A stretch of DNA of 64,000 bases from Eledone cirrhosa (Eukaryota): positions 299,460,001 through 299,524,000 of the forward strand of contig OZ024740.1 in NCBI GenBank assembly GCA_964016885.1, written 5' to 3'. Position numbers and translations under genes: made by a program. This document shows positions 10,881 to 25,351 of this stretch, piece by piece. Position 1 is the stretch's first letter. Every line of letters begins with the position of its first letter. A model generated the notes under the pieces. It was given only the letters and a program-made list of their open reading frames with translations, made no database searches and was not told where the DNA came from.

Positions 10881-13800
10881 CTACAGTGTGATGGTGCCAC
10901 GCTAAAATCACTGGGGGTGATGAAATCACCGATGGTTATGTAACCATACAATCCCCAATCCTCGATATGAGTGTTTAAATGTCGAACCTAAACAGTTCGA
11001 ATAACGGTGAAGAGGAGTCTGGAACATCACGTGAAAGACTCTCACCCAGCAAGTGCTCCCTGGCCCAGCAGCAGGGACCTGGCTGTCATCCAAATGCTGC
11101 TGGTGTTGGAGGAAGAAGAAGAAAGAAAGGGACATGAACCAACTGGACGAAAGAATTGAATAAAACTGTCATGGAATGTTAGCTGATGAGTAACCCTATC
11201 GAAAAAGGCTATAGGAAACGGATGCAAACATCTGGAACGAGATTGTTCTATTTAAATTAGATGAACAAAAATTGGCCGGGCAGGCTCGGGTAATAAGAAC
11301 TAATGGGTGGATAAGCGAGTTGGAACTGGAGGAACTGAACAGAGAGATTAAGTTGGAATGGAGAGTGGAGTATGTCAAGCAAACGAGCCAGTGGGAAATG
11401 AAGGAGAAGAGGTTGAGAGACCTGAGGAGGCATCCGAAGCAGACAATGATCTGAATGCTGAAATAAATAATACCTGGAACAAAGATACGGCCATTGAGGA
11501 AATGAATGCTGACGGGCTAGGACAAGATTTGGTTGATATCCTGAACTAAGTGGTAGATGAAATGAACAATGATAGTGGGAAACCTATGAACCTAAGATTT
11601 GTAGACAGGAAAAAGTTAAAAGAAACAACAGCTAAGGTAAACAAAGTCATCCCATACCTTGAGGTGAGGAACCTTCACCAATTCAACAATATCCCCAAAG
11701 CAACAGCAAATGCGGTGAGGAAATTACTTGGCATAAAAACGAGAAGAAACAACAAACAAGAAAGATCAGAATCCTGGTGGAAGAAACGACTGAATGGTCA
11801 AATCAAGGAAATGAGAAAAGACACTGGAAAGCTTGAGTCCTTACTGAATGGGACATTACAAAATATAGGCACTAAAAATAGATTGGAAGTACAAAACTAG
11901 GGGGAAAAAGCTAAATATTATCATAGAGGAACTGAAGCAACGCATTGTAGCAAAAAGTGCAAAGATTAGGCGGTATGAGAGCAGAGCCAGTCAGTATAGA
12001 CAGAACCGCATGTTTGACAACAGCCAGAAGATGTTGTTTGGGCAGCTTGAAGGGAAAGAAAGAGGCAACGACTTGATCCCTGACACGGAACAGACTAAGA
12101 CATTCTATAGAGGCATATGGGAGCAGAATGTTGAACATAATAGTCAGACAGTGTGGATTGGGACAGTACAAAAGGAGATTAGTGAACAAGCTCACCAACA
12201 AATTGATTTGAGTATCACAGTTGAAACTGTTAAAAGGCAGGCAAAAAATCTAACCAACTGGAAATTACCAGGTCCAGATGGTGTGCAGGGGTATTCGATT
12301 ACAAATATAACATCCCTCCACCCGAAACTGACAACCATGTTCAATGACTGCTTGATGTAGGGTGAGGCACTAGAGTGGTTGACAAAAGGTACCACAGTTC
12401 TAGTAATGAAAGACCGAATCAAGGTTAATGATGTTACCAACTATAGACATAGTCTTGCCATGGGATGGATAGATTACAAAAAGGCATTCGACATGGTACA
12501 TCATTCTTGGATAACCAAAAGTCTAGAGATCTTGTGGCAGATAACATCAGACAGTTGTTGAGCAAAAGTATGAAGTCCTGGAAAACAGAGTTAACATCGG
12601 GTGGAGAATCTCTGGGAGGCGTGAAGATCAAGAGAGGTATCTTCCAAGGAGATAGTTTGTCCCCTCTGCTGTTTGTCCTTGCCCTGATACTCCTGACCGT
12701 TATATTGCGAAAAGTGAGAGCAGGATACAAGTTGGGAAAAGGAGAGCTTACCATCAACCACCTCCTCTTCATGGACGATCTTAAACTCTTTGGGAAGAGT
12801 GAGAAGGAGCTGGATGAACTTGTTGACACTGTCCGTATTTTCAGCAATGATATATGTATGGAATTTGGTATTAGTAAGTGTGGAGTCCTAGTGATGAAGA
12901 GGGGTAAATTGAGCAGAAGCAACGGAATCCAGGTACCAACAGGTGAGATGATAAAGGAAATTGACACTGAAGAAGCATACAAATATTTAGGTGTTCTGGA
13001 GGCAGATGACATCAAGAACAACAAAATGAAAGAATTGATGAGATCTGAGTACATCAGGTGAGTAAGGAGCGTATTAAAATCACATCTAAATAGTAAGAAT
13101 GTCATAAGTGCAGTGAATGCCCGAGCTGTGTCTATTATTAGGTACAGTGCGGGAATTCTGAAATTGAATGTTGCTGAACAAAAAGAAATGGTTAGGAACA
13201 ATAGGAAGCTATTGACTACCTACAACATGCTCCACAAGAGGAGTGATGTCGATAGACTCTGCTTAAAGAGATCTGAAAGTGGAAGAGGTCTTATCAGCAT
13301 AGAGGACTATGTTCAGATGGAGAAAAACAACCTACACAAATACGTGACTGACAGTAGGGAGCCAATGCTTAAAATTGTACTGAAGGAGAAGACAATAGAC
13401 CGGGGGATGTCCAAGGAGGAAATAACAACAAGGAGGAAGAGCAACTTTCATGAAAAATACCTTCATAATACCTTCTTTATGAAAACTGTATTTAGAGATC
13501 CACAGACATGGAACTGGTTAAAAAAAGACCTTAAAAAGGCTACAGAAGGAATACTAATAGCTGCGCAAGAGCAGGCCCTCAGAACGAAGTGGGTGAAACA
13601 CCATATTTACAAGGAGGAGGCTAGCCCACTGTGTGGGATCTGTGGAGAGAGAGAAGACTGTGGCTCACATTGTATCCGAGTGTAAGCACCGAGCCCAGAC
13701 TCACTATAAAGGTTTGAGGCATGATGTGATAGGCAGGGTGATCCTTGGCACCTATGCAAAGTAAACAATTTACCACATTCTGAGAAGTGGTATGAGCATA

Positions 13801-14284
13801 AGCCAGAGTCGGTGATGATAGAAAACGATCAGGTGAAGGTGCTATGGGATTTTAGGATGCAGACGGACAAAAAAATTAGAACACAATAGGCCTGACCTGG
13901 TGGTTTTGGACAAGGAAAAAAGATAGTGCCTGATTGTAGATGTAGCCTGCCCATTTGTCACGTGAGTGCAAGAAAAGGAAAGGGAGAAAATTAACCGATA
14001 CCAGGACTTAAAGTGGGAGTTAAAATGATTTGGAACTGCTATGAAGTCAAGGTCGTCCCGATTGTCATAGGCGCAGTAGGTACTATCTCAAAGAGTTTCC
14101 AAGGATGGTTAAAGAAGATTAGTCCAGTCCCGCTTATTGGAACACTTCAAAAGACATGCTTGCTGGGACCAGCAAGAACCCTCTGATGCGTCCTGAATAT
14201 CTGAGGCTGCTGGTAGCGGCTTGATATTCATTTCAACAAACTTTCCAGTTAAATAACATCAATGACTGAGACTCAAAGAACAGC
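10881..14284 (+). mobile_element. R4/Dong-clade non-LTR retrotransposon (RT + restriction-like endonuclease), near full-length, degenerate (family A)
   Basis: Fragmented ORFs: KGYRKRM, YRQNRMF, PGPDGVQG, IDYKKAFD, GIFQGDSLSP, LFMDD, CGICGE, RPDL. The 3' end runs into (AAT)n at 14285. The 5' boundary is approximate. Confidence 0.85.
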
Positions 14285-14338
<54 letters not shown>

Positions 14339-14341
<3 letters not shown>

Positions 14342-16423
14342 TACAGACCGATAACCTGCTTGACCACAATGTATAAAATTTTAACATCAGTCCTAACTGA
14401 ATACACTGAATACACATATGACCACCTGATAACAAATGACCTATTTCCCATTGAGCAGAAAGGGTGTAAACGAGGCTCATATGGCTGTAAGGATCAGCTT
14501 CTGGTTAACAAAATGATACTGGAAGATTGTCATAATAGACACAAAAATCTATCGATCGCTTGGATAGATTATAAAAAAGCATTTGATAGTTTGCCACACA
14601 GTTGGATTGAAAAATGTTTAGAGATTTTCAAAATATCCCCCGTTATCAGGAGGTTTTTGTCATTCAGTATGAGGACATGGAGAACGACACTCCTTTTGAA
14701 TAGTGAAACAAAATCACTGGAAGCTGGAGAAGTTAACATTAATTGTGGAATTTTTCAGGGTGACTCTTTATCACCGCTTTTATTCTGCATCGCACTTATA
14801 CCATTAAGTAAAATGCTCAATGAAACAAAACATGGATATAGAGTCTATGACAAAACCATTAATCACCTGTTCTACATGGATGACCTGAAACTATTTGCAA
14901 AAAATGATGAACAATTGCAAGGGCTATTATCCACTGTGAAGCAGTTCAGTGATGACATTAAAATGGAGTTTGGACTGGATAAATGCGCCAAAGCAACGTT
15001 CACCAGAGGAAAGCTGCTGAAGAGTTCAGACATTAATCTTGATCGGGGGAACGTGATAAGAGAGCTTGATCAAGAACAAACTTACAAATATCTAGGTGTT
15101 TGTGAAGGAGACGGAATCAAGCACTCGACAATGAGGGAAAGGATAAGGAAGGAATGTTACCGCAGAGTCAGAGCAATCTTAAGAACGGAATTGAATGCAA
15201 GGAATAGGATCGATGCCATAAACACGCTTGCCATACCAGTAGTAACCTACAGTTACAATGTCATCAACTGGTCAAGCACAGAGATCCGTAGGCTCGATAC
15301 AAAAATCCGAAAATTCTTAACCATGCACAGAATGCATCACCCTAAGGCAGACATAGATAGAATATATCTCCCTAGGAAAGAAGGAGGACGTGGGTTAATC
15401 CAGTTAGACATTGCGTTGAAAACTGCAACAATTGGATTATCCACATATCTAAGGGAATCACATGATTGGATGATCAAACTCGTTTTGAAACACGAAAGCA
15501 CCAAAAGATCATATTCCATTACAAAAGATGCACAAAGATACAGTAATGGACTACAAATTTCAGAAGTCCCATTTACTGCTGAAATGGAAAACACAGAAAA
15601 AGCAAAGCAGGTAAAAGTAACTGCAAAGAAAGAACTGCTACAGAAACTGGCTAAGAAATGGCAAGAAAAGCCTCTGTATGGAAAATACCCAGAGCGAGCT
15701 AACAATCCTGATGTTGACAAAACTTTAACCCATCAGTGGTTGGCATCCTCTGGACTGAAATCGGAGACTGAAGGACTGATTATATCCGCACAAGATCAGT
15801 GTCTGCCAACAAAAAATTACCAAGCCAACATAATAAAAAATGGGTGCAGCCCATTATGCCGTGTATGCAAAAAACAACCAGAGACCATTGACCATATAAT
15901 TTCAATGTGCAGTCCTATAGCTCCAACCGAATACCTAAACAGGCATGACAGAGCTGCACAATACATACATTGGATAATGTGCAAGCATTTTGACCTGCCC
16001 CATCAAAAGAATTGGTGGGAGCATCAACCACCTCCCATACTTGAAAAAGATCACATCTCAATCTTGTGGAACTTTAGCATCCAAACAGACCGAAAAATAG
16101 ATGCAAATAGACCTGATATAATATTGAAGGACTTTCAAAGGAGGGTATGCCTGCTAATTGATATGTCTGTTCCAATAGACAAGAATGTATCTATAAAAAC
16201 ATTTGAAAAATTGAGCAAGTATAAGGACCTGGAGATAGAAACTGGAAAAATGTGGAAATTGAGAACTAAAACAATACCAGTGGTTGTAGGCGCTCTGGGA
16301 ATGATACCTAAGGGGTCTAACGACTACTTATCGCAAATCCCAGGAAACCCGCGTATAGGAGAAATACAAAAGATAGTACTAATGGGAACTGCCCATATAC
16401 TAAGGAAGATCCTGTCAATATAA
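14339..16423 (+). CDS. Reverse transcriptase + CCHC finger + PD-(D/E)xK restriction-like endonuclease (5'-truncated)
   Basis: NYRPITCL, IDYKKAFD, GIFQGDSLSP, FYMDD, CRVC..ETIDHIISMC, RHD, NRPDI..LIDM..KLSKY. Confidence 0.9.
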
Positions 16424-16563
16424 GTACATCACAAGTCTAAACACTAAGGATGCATGTGTGAATATGTGTGTTCTTTCTTGAACATGGCGGACCTTGTTGT
16501 CTCTTGAGGTCACTGGTTGTGACTTGGTGATAACTCGTATAAACATAAAGCAAGATAAATGCA
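14339..16563 (+). mobile_element. 5'-truncated R4/Dong-clade element (family B) with an uninterrupted RT-RLE frame
   Basis: (AAT)n on both sides (14285-14341 and 16564-16665). Confidence 0.9.
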
Positions 16564-16603
16564 AATAATAATAATAATAATAATAATGATGATGATGGTG
16601 ATG

Positions 16604-16637
<34 letters not shown>

Positions 16638-17517
16638 TAATAATAATAATAATAACAATAATAATCATTTTACAGAGTTTTGGGATATAGTTAGTAAACG
16701 AACATGAAATTTGATTTAGAAATCATTCAGGAAAGGAAATTTGAAGACAGGAAAATTAATTAAAAAAAGTAATATTCTGTTAGATAAAGAAATGGAGATA
16801 AGATAATTAGATCAAATAAATACTTAGGAATTAATGAACAAGAGAGGGCAAGTATATACAAATGAAATGAAAGCTTAAGAAGAAATATTATAGTCACATT
16901 TGATTCGTATTAGAAACAGTGCTGTATGCCAAAAAACAAGATAATAAGTATCAGTACAGTAGCAGTTCTTCTAAGTTATAGTTAGTTATAGTATTGTTCA
17001 GTAGAAATTAAATGAATTAGAAAGACTAGACAAGATAACAAGGAAAGCAATACGAAGTGGTAGAGAGAGAAACTATTGTAAGATTCAAAACTAGAAAATA
17101 GCAAACTAATACAATTACCTCCAATCAAGAACAAATGAGAAAAACCGTTTTATCCTTTCAAAGGAGCAAACAAATAGTAGTAACTAGTTTGAATCTAGAT
17201 AAAAAAAAGAGGCGTTGTCTGAACCGCATGGATCAGAGCTAAGACACTGTTTTTAACGGTGTACAGCATATAAATTCAAAGGTAAGATATTATCTAGACA
17301 AATGTATCCATATTATGCGTGTTTGTACGATTATACAGTCGCAATGGTTGGTGTAAGATCGATTCTTCCTATATAACCTATAACCAGAGTACGATGGACA
17401 GAGAAATGAACTCTCTTCTCTGAATGAACATCTATGTGAAAATTAATTTTTCTTCCCCTTTTTATTTTCATTTACATTATTATTATTATCATTATTATTA
17501 TTATTGTTATTGTTATT

Positions 17518-18401
17518 CCTTGAATCTCAGTCATTGATGTTGGTTAACTGGAAAGTCCGTTGGATTGAATATCAAGCCACTACCTGCAGCCTCAGATATT
17601 CAGGACGTATCGGAGGGTTCTTGCCGTTCCAAGCAAGCATGCCTTTTGAAGCGTTCCAAAAAGCGTGAAGGGGCCGATTTTCTTTAACCATCCCTGGAAA
17701 CCTTTGGAGATAGTCCCCAGTGCGCCTATGACAATCGGGATCACTTTGACTTCATGGCAGTTCCAAATCCTTTTCACCTCCCACTTTAGGTCCTGGTATC
17801 GGTTAATTTTCTCCCTCTCCTTCTCTTGCACTCTCGTGTCGAACGGGCAGGCCACATCCACAATCAGGCACGATCTTTTTTCTTTGTCCACAACCACCAG
17901 GTCAGGTCTATTGTGTTCCAGTTTTTTGTCCGTCTGTATCCTAAAATCCCACAGCACCTTCACCTGACTGTTCTCCATCACCGCCTCTGGCCTATGCTCA
18001 TACCATTTCTCAGAATGTGGTAGATTGTTTACTTTGCACAGGTGCCAGTGGATCACCCTGCCCATCACATCGTGTCTCCAGCCCTTATAGTGGGTCTGGG
18101 CTAGGTGTTTACACTCGGACACAATGTGAGCCACAGTCTCCTCTCTCTCTCCACAGATCCTGCACAGTGGGCTAGCCTCCTCCCTGTAGATATGGTGCTT
18201 CAACCACTTCGTTTTGAGGGCCTGCTCCTGCGCAGCCATTAGCATTCCTTCTGTAGCCTTTTTGAGGTCTCCTCTTCTCAACCAGTTCCATGTCTGTGGA
18301 TCTCTAAATTCAGTTTTCTCAAAGAAGGTACTATGAAGGGATTTTCCCTTAAGGCTGCTCTTCCTCCTTGATGTTATTTCCTCCTTGGATATCCCCTGGC
18401 C
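17518..18401 (-). mobile_element. 5'-truncated R4/Dong family A copy (RLE domain + 3'UTR)
   Basis: ORF 17592-18281 with CRICGE..RHD..NRPDL..KINRYQDL. Flanked by (ATT)n at 17476-17517 and 18402-18455. Confidence 0.9.
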
Positions 18402-18456
<55 letters not shown>

Positions 18457-18623
18457 CACTATTTGTACAAATATGCAACTTAACAATATAGTCTGCATAC
18501 CTGCAATTGACAATGCATATAACGCTGAAACCGGTATTGTAAATAAATTGATGTTTTGATATACTCACTGAAAAAATTTCTTCAACAATTTCTACTGAAA
18601 GAATCTTTTTCTTTCTAATATTT

Positions 18624-18711
<88 letters not shown>

Positions 18712-19364
18712 TATTTATATATATATATGTGTATGTGTGTAATATATATATGTGTGTGTGAGTGTGTAAATATATATATTATCTTTTGTTTGGCACAAAA
18801 TTCTCTAAATGGCTACAAAAAAAATTCCAAAATACAGGCGCGTTATTTAATGGACTTTTTCACGTGACACTCATGATTTCACTTATAACTAATCAAATTA
18901 CATTTATAAAAAAAGCCTTCGTGAGTCCCTTTTTTAAAGTAAAAAGTAATTCAAACACAAACTGGCGCGAAAGCTGATGTGCTTATTCACGTGACTGCAT
19001 CAACCAACCAAACTTCCCTCATATATGAAAAAACAATCTGAGCCCCGTTTTTCTTTTACCGCAAATATAATAAGAACTTTGTAACGCGAACTGGCGCGAA
19101 ATTTATTATACCTAGCATTTCGAGCCACTTCTTTCCATATAAAACAGAAGTAACATTCAAACACCAACCAGATGTGAGAAAAACCACAAACCCTCCATCT
19201 CAATTCTACTTTTGAAAAGCACAAGAACTGCGAAACCGGTAAAGGAAGCAAATAAATATATTTAAAAAAAAAAAAGTTGCATTTTCGATTTCATCTTTTT
19301 TCCTTATACTTTCACTCGTGTAGGACAGCTCGTTTTTTTTTTCATCCTGTAAAAAAAATCTCAC

Positions 19365-19431
<67 letters not shown>

Positions 19432-21649
19432 GTATTTCCAAAGATAATTCGGATAGCAAATCAAAAAACATACATAGATGGTAAAATTACGACCATTTTC
19501 AAATCGGATAACAAGTAAAAAAACTTACTTAAGAATGGTAAATTTCTTAGATTTCAGTATTCTATACATCTGTTTCAGGAGTGAAAATAGAAATGGCTGA
19601 ACCTACAAGATGAAACACTCAATCATGAGTAGAATTTTCGCTTCACTAAACGCATTACATATGACTTATCACCATAGCTTCAAAATAGGTTTTGAACGCA
19701 CATGGAGAGGAACATGATAATATAGGGACACAGACAAGCCAACAGGAATGCTAGAAATAGTAGTGTGTTTGGTCTACAAAGAATCAGATCTACTAAAATT
19801 TAATGTTAGAAACATAAATATATGTATTAAAATATTTTATACGCAAAGTATTTAATCATGTTGTCTGCTAAAAGTATAGGTTAATCAAAGTTCTACAGAT
19901 AGTCACAATTACAAAGATCACATATCGAACCTTCGGACTACTCCAAAATACGCTTCTATTAACGCAGCAAAATCCCAATTGCTAAAATCCAACAAAGCAC
20001 TATTCGACAACATATCCAAATTTAAAAATCAGCACTCAATTGGCATTATGTGAACATGATAATACACCCGAACTTTCTTCTTCCCACTTCCCTAAAATAA
20101 AAAAAAAAATACTCCTCAAGAACTTACATTTCCAAACATGACAAATATATCATTCTATAGGGCAGAACATATTTACTAGTATATAATCGAATTTTTTATA
20201 AAGTAAGAACATTTTCAGTGAAATCTTTGTTGTGAGCAGGGGAGCGCATGACTCCGTGGAGGTAAGAGAATTAGTCTGCATATTTGTCTTAGTCATCATC
20301 GCGAAATTCCAATACAGTCACTATAAATGTTTGGTGTGGTTCTCAGCAAAAGTTTTTTTATTGCGTATTTTGTATACATAAAAAGTATCAAATATTAGGG
20401 TATTGCTTTGGACTGCTCGTATTCCTGTCCCACCCACTTTCTCTTTGTCTCTAGCTTTCGTCTTCTTCCTAATTTAAAGGATGTTGTTGTTGAGGTAACG
20501 ATCGTCTTTTCTGGCTTTTCTTTTCGCTTTCAGTCTTGGTAAGCATGCTGTTACACGATTTCCTCTTGGTATGGCTATATCAAAAGTAAGTGTTGTCGTT
20601 TTTGTTGCTGCCTCTGCTGCTACGACTGGTAAAGCTCTTTACAGTAGACAAGAATGTTTATTAAACGTGGAGTGCTCAGATATCCTTGTCTCCTCTGCGA
20701 TTCAGGAAGCTCTGAAGTAGTCTTTTAACGGAAAATTAACATATATGCTCACTGCTTACAAACATCTGCCTCTGCGCACACGTTTCGAAACAAAGATTCC
20801 AGGATGCCAAAAAGATCACAAAAAACTTTCAGCACCTGAAACTCTCACAATGTTCCATATATGTTCTGCTGGTGGATTGATTAAGTACTATACCTCTTCC
20901 CTGATGCTTCAACATTGCCATCACATTAACCTTCTTTCTGTAAGGTGGAATGCTGGTGATTCCGATGTAGACATTGGCATCTTATGTAAAGTGGGATCAT
21001 TGAAAATTTCCGAGGGACATATGTGGTGGTGGCTAATGTTCAGGGGCCTTCTCGTCGCTGTTGCAGATAGTTACCACTGTTACTGACGTTTATATTTGCA
21101 CTGAATAAAAAAAAAAAAACGACCAGAGGATAACAGATAACATCAGCACACAGCAATCGGAAAATCATATTCAAAAATATACAAAATACATACCTGGAAG
21201 ACAGGAACAGAAGATATAATTGAATTGTAGAAATATGATGCCTAAATTTTTCAGCAAAATTGACGGTGCATTATTAATGAAAACCGAAAAAATTCCAGGA
21301 GTCTATTGTTAAAGTCGGTAATCAAGCGTCTATAGAAAGGAAAAACGTATTATATTTGAAAGAACAACTAATTTTTGCGTGTTCTTTGTTCCTTTCAGGT
21401 TTTTCTATGAATTATCAATGGTTATATGCAAAATTTCATATTGCTGATGCTAGAAATTTAGATTAGATTATTTAGGTTATTTGGTTTAGTTTGTTATTAT
21501 TCTGGGTTTTAATCATAGTCTAGTTTTATAAACCTTATAGGAATTAAGTATGATCATTATATTTCACTATACATTTCTAGAACTTTTAGCAGAATAGGTA
21601 CAAAAGAACTAAAATGAAATAGCGATGCCACATGTTGTGACATCTTCTC

Positions 21650-21935
21650 TAGTGGTAACATGGTACGTTTGCCTACCAGCCTATGGTTTGCTGCCCACGA
21701 AGTCGACAGAGCAAACTGTCAAAGTATAGGCCGCTCTCTGATAGATTGGTGGTTAAGCTTGTGGCAGTAGAGACTTCCAGCGTACTTGGCCTCAGGACCA
21801 CATTCCTACTCACTGCTATTCGAACGGATTTGCCTACCTGCAAGTGCGAGTCCCGCGATGTGGGGTGGTTGTCCAAGCGCGTCTCCGTCTGGGACAATGT
21901 TTTCTCCATCCTGTCGGCCGGGACTACAAGGTGAA
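21650..21935 (+). mobile_element. Degenerate 3' fragment of a CRE-clade non-LTR element
   Basis: KYRPLSDRL..LVAVETSSVLG..NVFSILSAG, homologous to 47412-47795. Confidence 0.7.
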
Positions 21936-22344
21936 CTGGCTCTTAAGTTTCATTTGTGATGGTGGCGGCATGTGGAATAATCATACATATATTTAAATAT
22001 ACAAGCAGGGGATGTAATTAATTAACAGTAAATTGACGTTAGAGCTACGTATTAAATATTTTGGGACATTTGTCCCGGCTCTTTGAATCCAACTATGTCT
22101 TTCATCTTTATCAAGCCGATAAGTACCTGACATCGAAAACATGAAAGGTAAAATTCATTTTCGCAAGATTTACCCTCAGAACATATAGGAACGTTATTAA
22201 TTGCTGCAAATCATTTTGTCCGACGCTCTAATGGTTCTAGTAAATCACAGTCATATTTGTATAGTAGTATTTGAGATTTAACTTCATTCACACAAACCCT
22301 TACAGACAAAAAAATCCCGTACTTTGTAAGATGTCCTTATATAT

Positions 22345-22430
22345 TGGTCGGACGCATTGCCTTGCAGCGTAGAGTTGCGGCCCTTTACGGTTTGAGTTCA
22401 AATCCCGCCGAGATTAACTTTGCTTTTCAT
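22345..22430 (+). mobile_element. 5' portion of a SINE fused to Tx1 copy 3
   Basis: GAGTTCAAATCCCGCCGAGATTAACTTTGCTTTTCATC followed by an abrupt switch to Tx1 ORF2. Confidence 0.75.
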
Positions 22431-25240
22431 CTCAAAAGAGAGATTAGAGTAGCTTCAATGGGAGTTAGTAAGGATATAGCCTCAGATAGAAATAGGAAAG
22501 AAAGGGAGTTAGTAGATAGTGTAGAAGAGGCAATTAGAAGCGGCGACGTAGTCAGAGTGCTAGCGTCGAGAACTGCCTTGGGCCAGTTCTTCGACGCGAA
22601 ACACGAAGGCTGCGTTTTCCGAAGCAAAATACGTGCTCTGGGAAACGAGGGACCATAGCTGTTAGCTGGGCCCGCGTGACAGAAGCCAAAAGTGGGATTA
22701 GATGCACTATCCGGTCTTTGCGAGACCAGGATGGACGGGTGATCCTTGAACCTAAGCAGATATGCGAGGCCTTTCAAAGGCACTTTGCCCGATTGTTCGG
22801 AAGGGGCTAGGGGCCGGATGGGGATGTGGACCTCGGTCCATACCTCGACGGCCTGCCGCGTCTTTCGGACGAGGAGGCGAAGTCCTGCGAGAGGCCGATC
22901 TCAGCTGCTGAAATAGGGGACGTGCTGAGTCAATGCGGCAGACGCAAATCTCCGGGCCTCGATGGTCTTCCATACGAACTGTATTTAAGTATGCTGGACT
23001 TGCTCTTCGATCTCCTCGAGGCGGTCTACTGCAATTGGCAACAGAACGGGAGAATTCCCTGTTCTGTGACCAAGGGCGTAGTCTCGCTAGTGAGGAAGGA
23101 CGAGAACAAGGGGGATGAAATAAGTAATTTTAGGCCCATAACACTGCTAAATGCAGAGTTAAAGATTTTCGCCAAGGTGTTAGCAAAGAGGTTGGCGCTT
23201 GTCGTGGGAAACCTGGTGGGAGATGCGCAGACATGCGCTATCCCGTCTAGGTCCATTCACGACAACCTCTATCTCATGCGATACATCATAGAGAGGGTTA
23301 GAAACGAAAGCGGCTTCGGGGGAGCCCTGATCAACTTGGATCAATCTAAGGCGTTCGATAGGGAGGACCATCGTTACCTGGATGCGGCGCTAGTGGCGGC
23401 AGGTTTCGGACCCGTTTTCAGGAGCTGGATCACTGCCATGCACAGCAGTCGCATCTGCTCTAGGGTCAAGGTGATAGGCTACCTATCGGAGCCGTTCGAG
23501 ATAACGCGGTCCATCCGGCAGGGATGCCCTCTCTCCTCCCTTCTGTATGTATTGGCCCTAGAGCCACTGCTGCGGAAGTTGGAGTTGTTACAGGGCATCC
23601 CTTTGGAACCGGGATTGCAGAAAGCGGTGTCGGCCTACGCCGATGACGTGACAGTAATGGTGTCAACCGCCTCGGAAATCAGGGTGATCGGCACCTTACT
23701 GGAGGAATACAAAAAGTTTACAGGGGCTAAGCTGAACCGGGACAAGTCAGTCGGTTTGCAACGCGGCGTGTGGAGGGGAAAACCGATGGCCTCCAACGGC
23801 GTCGTCGGACGTTGGACGGAGGGCCTGGTAAAGTTGCTCGGGGTCTGGTTCGTGCCAGACCTCCAGGTGGAGAAGAACTAGGGTGAGGTATCGAACAGAG
23901 TGTTTGCGCTGACGCAGAAGTGGTCTGACTGCAAACTATCCTTCAAAGGTGGGTCTTAGGTGGCGAACGCTTATATAGCGTCCGTCATCTATTACCGCCT
24001 GACCGTCGTGCCTTGCCCAAGGGAAACGCTCACCAAAATGGACCGCGCACTCTACCAATTCCTTTGGAAGAAGCGGGCTCCTTTGGTGAGGAGATCCATC
24101 TGCTGTCAACACCCTTCGAAAGGAGGGCTGGGGTGGCCGTGGCTGCTGATGCGTAAACACGCATTAAGGCTACGGCACCTCCAGGTATTCCTCACCGATC
24201 AACCGGTGTGGGCCTCGTTTATGAGGCGAGCCTTTCCGAGACTCGTCTTGCTCACCGAGCTGCAGTTCTGGGTCAAGCAAAGACCGAGGAAACTGGGCGC
24301 CTGGCACACCGAGTGTGCCCAGGCGCTCACGGCTCTCTGGCAGGCGGACCCGGCTATCGGTGGAGACTCCACCTCGTCATTCTATAGAGGGCTGGTGCTT
24401 AGTAAGTGCGACGACGCCCTCGGACAAGCCCTAGGCATGGAAAAAGACGAACTGGCCAGCCTATTCGGGAGGACATGTGGCCCGGGACCTATGGACAATT
24501 TCCAGAGGTCCCTGGCCTGGCAGTGCTACCGAGGGGCGCTGCTCGTTTGAGAAAAGCTCTACAGACATGGGCGCCCGGGTAGGGACCCCTCGAAAAAGAT
24601 CTGTCCCAGATGCGTGCGCGACGGGGAAACCGTTGCGCACGCATTGGTACACTGCTCGGGCGTTGCCGATCTGTGGGGCTATGTCGAACGACTGCTGTCA
24701 CGGGTGGGACCAATCCGGTTGACCACCGAGTCCATTGTAACGATCAAGCCGCCTCCCCTCTTCAAAAATGAATGAGAGGTGGTCTTCCTCTGTGTAATAG
24801 CCATGGTGAAAGATGTGTTATCGTGGACACGTTTGAAAGGGCTGAGGTCGGACACCTTTCTCTCCGGGCAACAACTGGTCCTTTTCTTTAAATACCATTT
24901 TAAGAGAAGGATCAGAATGGAGAGAGATGCGCTCTACCCCGACAAGTTTTATGAAAGGTGGGTGAAAGTAGCGAGAATGGCCCGTATGAATGGGCCTTCT
25001 CTCTTTATCAGCCTGTAGGTAGAAAAGTGGAAGTTAAAAGGAGCACCACCTTTCTGTGCTCCTAAGATAAAGGTTTGCACACTTTTTCGGGGGTGTGTGT
25101 AACCCCCAAAACGCCTCCTCCCTATTGAGGACTGTATTGTTAATTTTATATTTGTTATTTGTTTACTCGTTCCTTTATGTAAACTCCCCCCCTTGTATTT
25201 GTCCCCTTCTTTTGTGCTCTCGTGGCAAATAAATAGAAAC
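22431..25240 (+). mobile_element. 5'-truncated, degenerate Tx1-type element, copy 3 (divergent subfamily)
   Basis: RT ORF 22826-23881 (NFRPITLLN, LDQSKAFD, AYADD) and downstream fragments homologous to copy 2. AATAAA at 25228, then (ATCT)n. Confidence 0.9.
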
Positions 25241-25246
25241 TTATCG

Positions 25247-25298
<52 letters not shown>

Positions 25299-25303
25299 CT
25301 CTA

Positions 25304-25351
<48 letters not shown>

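Noticed and set aside
11183-11215. CTGATGA..GAAA hammerhead-like string in Dong family A
   Set aside because: Stems do not pair, and it lies in the coding motif preceding KGYRKRM.
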